Shown here one piece after another: positions 56,901-64,000 of a stretch of DNA of 64,000 nucleotides. The notes under the pieces were generated by a model. It made no database searches. It was not told the DNA's origin and saw only the letters and a program-made list of their open reading frames with translations. Positions within the stretch are counted from its first letter, which is position 1. Each line of letters opens with the position of its first letter. This DNA comes from Macrostomum lignano (lineage: Eukaryota), in NCBI GenBank assembly GCA_002269645.1, contig NIVC01000912.1:92623-156622 (forward strand). Reading direction: 5' to 3'. A program made the translations under genes and the position numbers.

Positions 56901-59900
56901 GAATGTACATTGGGGCTCGCCAGAGAATGTACATTGGGGCTCGCCAGAAAATGTACATTGGGGCTCGCCAGAGAATGTACATTAAGGATCGCCAGAGAAT
57001 GTGCGTTGTTTTGTTTTTTTTCTAAATTCGCAACTCTCACACCACCGCACTTTGTATAGTAAAGAAGCTTCACAAGCAGTTTAAATCGCCGCCGTAATTT
57101 TATTTAAAGTCATTAAAACGAAAAACACAAAAATTTAAACGCAGACAAAAGTTGAGCTGGAGAAGGAGAAGATCGGCCTGCAGTACGAGGCCGGGTCGCT
57201 TAAAACCGAGGTGACCGGACTCAGGGCGGAGATCGTCTCTCTGAAAGAGGAGATTTCCGCGCTGCGATCCGGTGGCGCCGGCTTTCGACAGCGGGCCTCG
57301 TCTGCTGCCGCTGCTGCTGCTGGCGCCGATGACGAGGCTGCGGCGGCTGCCGGCGCGTCTCACGGATCCGGCAACGGGAAGATGACGTCATGGAGAGCTG
57401 TGAGAATTGAGGCTCAACCCGTATCATGAAGTCCAATGGCAAAATATCATAAGTCACGGTTAAACTAGACGTTTACATTGGGAAGAATAGATGACTGTGA
57501 ATGGGGTAGAAAAGACTGTGAATGGGGTAGAATAGACTGTGAATGGGGTAGAACAGACTGTGAATGGCGTAGAATAGACTGTGAATGGGGTAGAACAGAC
57601 TGTGAATGGGGTAGAACAGACTGTATCGGGTAGAATAGACTGTGAATCGGGTAGAATAGACTGTGAATGGGGTAGAAGAAACTGTGAATCGGGTAGAATA
57701 GACTGTAAATCGGGTAAAACAGACTGTGAATGGGGTAGAATAATGTGAATCGGGTAGAATAGACTGTGAATGGCGTAGAATAGACTGTGAATGGCGTAGA
57801 ATAGACTGTGAATGGGGTAGAACAGACTGTGAATGGGGTAGAACAGACTGTGAATGGGGTAGAACAGACTGTGAATGGGGTAGAACAGACTGTGAATGGA
57901 GTAGAGTAGACTGAATCGGGTAGAATAGACTGTGAATGGAGTAGAATAGACTGTGAATCGGGTAGAATAGACTGTGAATCGGGTAGAAAAGACTGTGAAT
58001 GGGGTAGAACAGACTGTGAATGGTAGAATAGACTGCGAATTCGGTAGAATTGACTGTGAATAGGGTGAAAGAGACAATATTCCTATCCAAACTGTCACAG
58101 GATGAATACGAGGAGCGAATTCGTCACCAGGAGGTTCGCAACGTGAAACTGGAGATGTCGCTGGACTTTGAGCAGAGAAAGGTCCGAGGCCTGACCCGGG
58201 AACTGGACTCGTTAAATGAGGTATTGCAGAAATGGCAGCTTAGATGAATTTTTAACTCATTAAATAATTAATAGAATTCAAAACCAATCACACAATATTC
58301 CAATAATTTCCAGCTAATGATTTCTCTCTGGTATGGTTTCCATGGAAACGCATGTTTAAAAAACTGTTCTTATGGCCCTCCATGCCTCAGCTGGCACCTG
58401 CCTGCAGAAAGTAGATCTTATTTCCAATTCTAAGCTTTTGCCTGTCTTCCTATTGCATGCCTATTTTACTATTTTAACAAATACTTTTGTTCTTTAAAAA
58501 CAGTCTGCGCTTTTTCTATTTTGCTATATTATTTTTTTCATTCTGGAAATACCAGACGGTCAGAGAAGCGAAAGAAGATTTTGGCAAATGTCAGCGAGCA
58601 AAAGCTGAGCTGCTCGATAAGCTGAAGGTACTCAACGAGTCTGTGTGCATATTTTGATTTTTAATTCTGTACAAAATTAATTCAATTTCTGATGATAAAT
58701 GTTGTAAGCTTCACTGAGCTGAAACATTGGCGTGAATTTCAAGCAAAGCGTCAAAATTTCTTCCGGCTTCTCACCTTTGTTAAATCACATATTTTCAAGC
58801 ATTTTTAATTTTCGATTTTTTTACACTAAAATGCGCACTTTGCCTACTGTGAGTAGCAGCTCACTTGGAACACTGACAAGCTATTCTACTGCTAAGCAAA
58901 GGACATGCGGTTATAAAACCAAACAAATCAAGCATATGAATCGATTGATCAACCAGGCTGAGGAGAAGGCCCGAAAGGAGGCTGAGAACGCGCTTGAGCA
59001 GCTGAAGGAGACCAGCGAGTCGGACAGGAAAACCATGTCAAAGCTCAATCTCAGGGTGAGGCTTGCTGCTTTGATATCTGCTTGTTTCTGAAACTATTTG
59101 ATTTTATATAATATCGTTCCTTTGAATTATTAAAAAACAGGTATCTCAGCTAGAGAAGGCTAAAGAGGAACTAGCATTTCGAGTAGAAGAAGAGCGACTT
59201 ACCTGGCAGAAGAGCGAGCTCGGCCGAAAGCAGTTGGAAAGCAAAGTCAAGGATTATGAGCGTCGGTGAGTCAGAGTTCAAATAATTACTCGTAAGGTCG
59301 AATTGCAAACTAGAAACCCACAGTTTCTAACGCCCCGACCCATTCATTCTATTCTTCTCGTCACTCACTCGCGCGCTGATTGGCTGGAAGGTTTTCTACT
59401 CGCAGTCCGTGCGCCCCACCCCATTCTCTTCTTCGTCTCGTCCCCCAATCGTACGCTGATTTGCTGGAAGGGGTTTTCTCGCAGTCAATACTCTCACCCC
59501 ATTCTCCCCTTCCTCTTGTCTCCACTCACTTGCTGGTTGGCCGGCACCTTTTTAGACTGTCATCCCCATGCCCCACCCTATTCTTCCTCTCATACCTTCC
59601 CCGAGCGCTGATTGGTTGGAGCTTTTAAGATTGCAATCATCATGCCTCCAACCTCATTCTTCCTCTCATACCTCACTTGAGCGCTGATTGATTGGCGCAT
59701 TTCTCAAGCTCATTAATTGCTACACTGACAGTTATGGCGACTTCGAGACAGAACTGACCGCCCTACGCGGCAGCTTGAAGCAGCAGCGCCGGCGGACTAA
59801 GGAGCTCGGTTTGGCCGACTTCGACTCCGAGCGTCGGGCGATGGACGACGCTCTGGCGACTGTGCGCAGTCGGGTGCAGCTGCTGCAGAGCCGGCTGGCA

Positions 59901-61900
59901 CTGCAGGACACCAATCAGGACAGACTGGAAGCTGAGAATCGAAGCCTACAAGGCGACCTGATGGCCGTGCGCAGTCTGGAAGAGGCTCTAGCCAAGCTGG
60001 AGGAGCAGAAGGATCGGGCTGAAGCAGAGCTTACCGATTACAAGGTTAGTTGATAGCTACTTTAGAGTATCATTTTCTCTAATCGATCACATAGACAGAT
60101 AGATACCGCCAAACCATTTTTAGTATAATGGATTTATTTGCCGTCATCGTGCGTATGATGTACTCGAAATGGAGGTGTTAAGTGTTTATATACTGTATGA
60201 GCGACGTCATCAAAGGGTGACGTGATTCAATTGTTTGTGCATTTTTTGTACGATATACCAATGGTAATCCAGGGTTGATGCCAACGAGGAGTGACGCCAT
60301 AGAGGGGAAATTATTGGTGGTGGATTTTATTTTGGAGTGATGTTGTCGAGGGGTGACGTCGTTTAGGTGTTACTTCATCAAAAAGGGACGTCATTTGGGT
60401 GAGACGTCATCGAAAGGTAACATCGTTTAGGTGTGACGTTGTTTAGGTGTTACGTCATCAAAAAGGGACGTCATTTAGATGAGACGTCATCGACTGGATA
60501 AAATCACCAATGGGGTTTAACAAAAGTGCTGAGTGATTGAATGATAGGGCGCCAATGACGAAACTGGGGACTTAGAAGTCCAAAGTTGAAGAGCCATAGC
60601 TCGTAGAAACCGAGAAGATTTATCGTAAACCGCAAACTCTGATCCAAATTTCGCAGGCCTACATTAAAGCCAACTTTGTGGCGAAATGCGAGCTGGCCAA
60701 GTACAAGGAGGACGTGGAACACCGGGCTAGGGACGAACTGAACCAGCGGCTCGGCCAGATGAACGACCACCTGGCCGGACAGCAGCGGGTTCGTGACGAG
60801 GTTGATGCCAGGCGCGACGAGGTCGAGCGAAAGCTGCGCGAAGATGCCGAACGATTGCAGGTAGCTGTCGAGAGTCTGGACAGTCTGATGGACAGAGTGG
60901 CGGACTGATGGACCTACTTATTTTATTGCTCTCTACCCTAGCGTTTGGACTGTCACCTTTGTAGAGCTGGATGTTGTAGATTCTGCTTTTCTCAAGTTTG
61001 CCTAGAAGTTTTCTCCACCATTAACGTTTTTATTTTTTTAATATTATGTGCTTTTTATATACTATCACACTACTATTGTGTGCGGGAAAGTAGTATCTAT
61101 TTTTTTACTTGTTTTTCTCGTAGAATTTCGCTAAACTTTTACGTCTGTCTGCTTTGCATTTTTTCTGTTTCTTTTGACACACCGGCGATTTCTATAGCTT
61201 TCCGCATCATACTACTATCGATTATTAATAAGTAGAGTATCTCAAATTTATTTTAAAACAATAACAAAAAATAAAAAATTCGCAGATGAGCGTGGACGAC
61301 CTGCGCCGGACCTGTCTGGACATGTCGGCCGAGCGGGACCGGCTGTCCAGCGACTGCCAGCACTACCGCCAGCTGTACGACCAGGAGAAGCGAGTCAGGC
61401 AGAAGCTCACCGAGGAGCTCGAACGGCTCAACAACACGGAGGCGCAGACGGCTGCCGCGCTCAGTCTGGACAGGGAGCGGCACCGGCTGGCGTCCGGTGT
61501 GTCGCAGTTCAGCTTCCAGCAGCCGCTGATGCAGCCGCAGCACCAGCAGCAGTACAACATGTACTCTTCTAATCAGTCTTTGTCCAGCCCGGATCCGCTG
61601 TTGCAGCAGCGACTTCGGTCGGAACTGGACAGGAGCATCTCAAAGCATCTGGAGTCTGGTGAGTCTGTGTGGAGTGGCACTGGTGCGGTTGGGGAATGGC
61701 AAGTGGGAAATGGCAAGTGGGAATGGCAAGTGGGGATTTGCTCGGGGCGTCGCTAATCGCGTGAACATCCGCCCTCCCCCGCAGACAACGCATCCCGGAT
61801 GTTCGTATCGAAGACCCGATCCACGGTCAACCTCAGTCGAACGGTAGCTGAAAGCGACCCGAACTATCTTGATTTCTTGAAGAAGAAATACCACGTTTAA
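41987..61900 (+). CDS. ANKRD26: Ankyrin repeat domain-containing protein 26 ortholog (ankyrin repeats, acidic linker, coiled coil, DUF3496-like C-terminus), 26 exons
   Basis: Exons 41987-42177, 42748-43021, 43897-44095, 45763-45900, 46008-46069, 46548-46907, 47060-47174, 48711-48862, 49292-49594, 51090-51176, 51327-51518, 51828-51995, 52070-52138, 52697-52734, 53200-54163, 54943-55251, 56029-56217, 57145-57399, 58101-58220, 58556-58627, 58957-59055, 59141-59265, 59732-60044, 60657-60860, 61286-61658, 61785-61900. All are phase-compatible. N-term MKKLFGK..Y..KEKSLPKIHKAAW; C-term YKEDVEHRARDEL, YRQLYDQEKRVRQKL, ELDRSISKHL, YLDFLKKKYHV*. Confidence 0.92.
43655..43870. repeat. Degenerate repeat with about 4 (CTG)ATTGGCTGG CCAAT boxes, ANKRD26 intron 2
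   Basis: GCTGATTGGCTGG near 43691 and 43752; CATTGGCTGG near 43815 and 43856. Confidence 0.6.
44545..45660. repeat. Composite 19-22-bp minisatellite, core GTCCGAGTAGAA, ANKRD26 intron 3
   Basis: Several interleaved unit variants. Confidence 0.9.
46185..46500. repeat. 21-bp minisatellite (GTGTCCGAGTAGAACACTAGG)n, ANKRD26 intron 5
   Basis: Homogeneous array with the same core as 44545-45660. Confidence 0.92.
47270..48645. repeat. 14-bp minisatellite (CTACTCAGGGTATC)n, about 98 copies, ANKRD26 intron 7
   Basis: Tandem array with higher-order variant patterns. Confidence 0.95.
48910..49135. repeat. 15-bp minisatellite (GGGATCAGTCAGAGT)n, ANKRD26 intron 8
   Basis: About 14 perfect copies. Confidence 0.95.
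49605..51050. repeat. 18-bp minisatellite (TCTATGACCAATCTATCA)n, ANKRD26 intron 9
   Basis: About 78 copies; source of the MTNLSS/VIDDRL artefact ORFs. Confidence 0.95.
51535..51760. repeat. 14-bp repeat (GGGATCTGGGGTGT)n, ANKRD26 intron 11
   Basis: Tandem array. Confidence 0.85.
52185..52625. repeat. Composite GGATCT-based repeat, ANKRD26 intron 13
   Basis: GGATCTAGAATCCGGGATT / GGATCTGGGAACTG units. Confidence 0.85.
54178..54620. repeat. 24-bp array (TACATTGGGGCTCGCCAGAGAATG)n plus unique 3' tail, copy 1
   Basis: About 14 units followed by TAAATTCGCAACTCTCACACCACCGCACTTTGT.., shared with copy 2. Confidence 0.9.
54735..54925 (-). mobile_element. SINE-like copy abutting the ANKRD26 exon 16 acceptor
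   Basis: Perfect B-box GGTTCGATTCC on minus (54904-54914), then GCTCGGCCACATTCAT and the shared body. Confidence 0.7.
55303..55979. repeat. 14-bp perfect minisatellite (GGATCTAGGATCTG)n, about 48 copies, ANKRD26 intron 16
   Basis: No visible variants. Confidence 0.97.
56586..57100. repeat. 24-bp array plus shared 3' tail, copy 2, ANKRD26 intron 17
   Basis: Same unit and same tail as 54178-54620. Confidence 0.9.
57485..58065. repeat. 21-bp minisatellite (AGAATAGACTGTGAATGGGGT)n, ANKRD26 intron 18
   Basis: Tandem array. Confidence 0.92.
59335..59705. repeat. about 76-80-bp degenerate repeat with one CGCTGATTGG box per unit, ANKRD26 intron 22
   Basis: Boxes near 59375, 59456, 59532, 59607 and 59683. 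Confidence 0.7.
60140..60495. repeat. Degenerate duplication rich in GACGTCAT motifs, ANKRD26 intron 23
   Basis: About 10 ACGTCA-like sites, including a local direct duplication. Confidence 0.55.
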
Positions 61901-62589
61901 CACTTATTTGTTTTCCTTCAACATGCTACTAGAAGTATCAAAGTGCGGAAAAAAAAAATTCTCTTTTTTGCATAGATTTTATCATTATGAATATTTTACG
62001 GATATAATTATGGATACCTGCTTATTCTGTAATGTATTTGGTTCATTTGGTAATGTCACACCTCACAATTTAGTATTAACACAAGATAAACAATATTTTA
62101 TTTCTAGGTGATATTTGAATCATTTTCATATTCTCGAAGTCTTCTTCTTCGAGCTTTTTGCTTTGACTATTAAATTTTCGATCGGAGCCGTTTCGAGTTT
62201 ATTTTAGGTCAAGGATATTCTTGTTTATCACCGCAGTCCTAAACTTGTCTCCATGTGAGTTTAACCCTCAATTCATTTTAAACATTTTAATGTTTTGCTT
62301 ATCCTTCGCAAGTTATTCGAGCTATGATAGTAAGGCTTGTATTCTTATGTTAGATCATTCTGTTTTTTTAATAAACCTTCCACTGGCTGGAGGTCACATT
62401 TTTTGTTTATTGTATAAATAATTCTATTTTATTTTATAGTGTTATTATACATATATACTACTCAGTAGCGTACGAGCGTCTTGGTTAAAGTTGAATAATT
62501 TGCGTTTTACTTTTATTTTCTTTTATTTATAGATGCTAAGTAGGTTACAACTATAAAAGACATAGAGTACCTGGTAAAGGATCCTGAGG

Positions 62590-62945
<356 letters not shown>

Positions 62946-63432
62946 CGGATACTCCAGTATTATTATTATTAATATTATATTGCTTCTCGATCTCATAGAA
63001 AGCTTCTTCATTATCAATGTTAATGCATACGCCCTAAGATCAGCAAACATTATTGCACACAAAATCTTTAAAGATCTGCGCAATATTAACACTAAACGAT
63101 TTAGCAACTTTCACTTTATCGGGCACAAAAACCGTGACAGCTTTTTTGGAAGCAGACAAAATGCTCCGTCAGTTGATATGGCCTGTCGGTTGAATTCCTT
63201 AAATTCGTTCTTGCGATGCTTGCATTGTTAAAATAAAGAAGAATTCTAATTATTATTTATTCATAATTTATGAATATTTTAGGATGCAGCATGATTCTGA
63301 TTAACTTTATTCTCTAAAGTAGATATTCTTTTCAAAAGATTTCATCAAGATTTTTCAAGAAACTGGATTAAGGCATCCTCAATTGAGACTCGGCAGTTCC
63401 AAGCTTCTAATCGAACGGAGACACGCACTTAC

Positions 63433-64000
63433 AGATCACTCCGGTGGGTGTCAAAAAGTTGTAGGGGGTTATGCTTCTTGGCAGATCAGCCAGGCCCCAC
63501 GCCGTGAGGCCTGTAAACGGTTCGTTGATTCCTCCATTCGGTTCTGAAAGGAACGAATTCAAAGCCCAAAGGCCGGAGACGAAGCTGGTATTGCAGTTGG
63601 CCCAAGACCATCCTTTAGCAGGGTCCGACACTCCGGGTTTTTTTCAGTCCGGACACGAATCCTAGTTTTTTATCGGTGCCATTCAGAACTGACACCAAGT
63701 GCGCTTTTCGCTGATGTCCGCGATGTCAGCCATGGTGACGAGGCCGGCCTCCGAGTCGCAGATGCTTCGCCCGTCTCCCAGCTTCCGTCTGTAACTTCGT
63801 AGATCCGGTAGCGAACTCCGCACCGATGGTTCTCGTAGCCTCCGGGGCACAGTTGGCCGTGGCAGTCCGGTCAGCTTCTTGATGAAGACTGTCCAACAGT
63901 CGGGCAGCTGGTGTTGCAGCTCTGCGCCACATTTTTGCTGCACTTGTCGAACGCGTAGTGGACGCAGAGCGCGAGCTGTCCGGATCGAAAGTGAAAGCTC
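63433..64000 (-). pseudogene. C-type lectin domain exon (possibly preceded by the end of a PAN/apple domain) with about 5 single-base frameshifts; runs off the window
   Basis: Frame-stitched translation: LCVHYAFDKCSK/CGAELQHQLPDCWTVFIKKLT/DCHGQLCPGGYENHRCGVRYRIYEVTDGSW/DGRSICDSEAGLVTMADIADISEKRTWCQF/LNGTDKKLGFVSGLKK/PGVSDPAKGWSWANC..SEPNGGINEP..WGLADLP..GVI|GTAAGT. Confidence 0.6.

Noticed and set aside
63870-64000. CCCH zinc finger/WWE (PARP12-like) reading of LCVHYAFDKC..HQLP
   Set aside because: The downstream sequence fits a C-type lectin domain much better, implying an extracellular protein.

Overview
Eukaryotic (animal) genomic DNA. It has GT-AG introns, GC3-rich exons in AT-rich spacers and dozens of intronic tandem repeats. 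The style suggests a free-living flatworm such as Macrostomum, but this is inference only. Genes I could reconstruct, with splice phases consistent unless noted: (1) a minus-strand chimera of a basonuclin/disco-type C2H2 zinc-finger pair, a degenerate BRD7/9-type bromodomain and a BRD7/9 C-terminal motif (242-3619; last junction ambiguous); (2) an internally shortened alpha-catulin-like gene (7544-10087+; 3' exons unresolved); (3) an intronless EF-hand protein; (4) an orphan His/Gln-rich two-TM protein; (5) tRNA-Ala(AGC); (6) an 11-exon SLC9A/NHE Na+/H+ exchanger; (7) an intronless double alpha-crystallin sHSP with perfect heat-shock elements; (8) a PAF-acetylhydrolase homolog whose catalytic-His exon I cannot find; (9) a 26-exon ANKRD26 ortholog (41987-61900); (10) a frameshifted C-type lectin gene at the right edge. 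Mobile DNA includes a Merlin (IS1595-family) deletion derivative with an 8-bp TSD, a hAT-like MITE, a tRNA-derived SINE family and a minisatellite-carrying dispersed element. Most long ORFs in the supplied track are repeat or antisense artefacts. There is no CRISPR array or prokaryotic system. The most novel leads are the zinc-finger/pseudo-bromodomain fusion, repeated W-acidic (SDWD) motifs in ANKRD26, the orphan 2-TM protein, and the pattern of one private minisatellite per intron.
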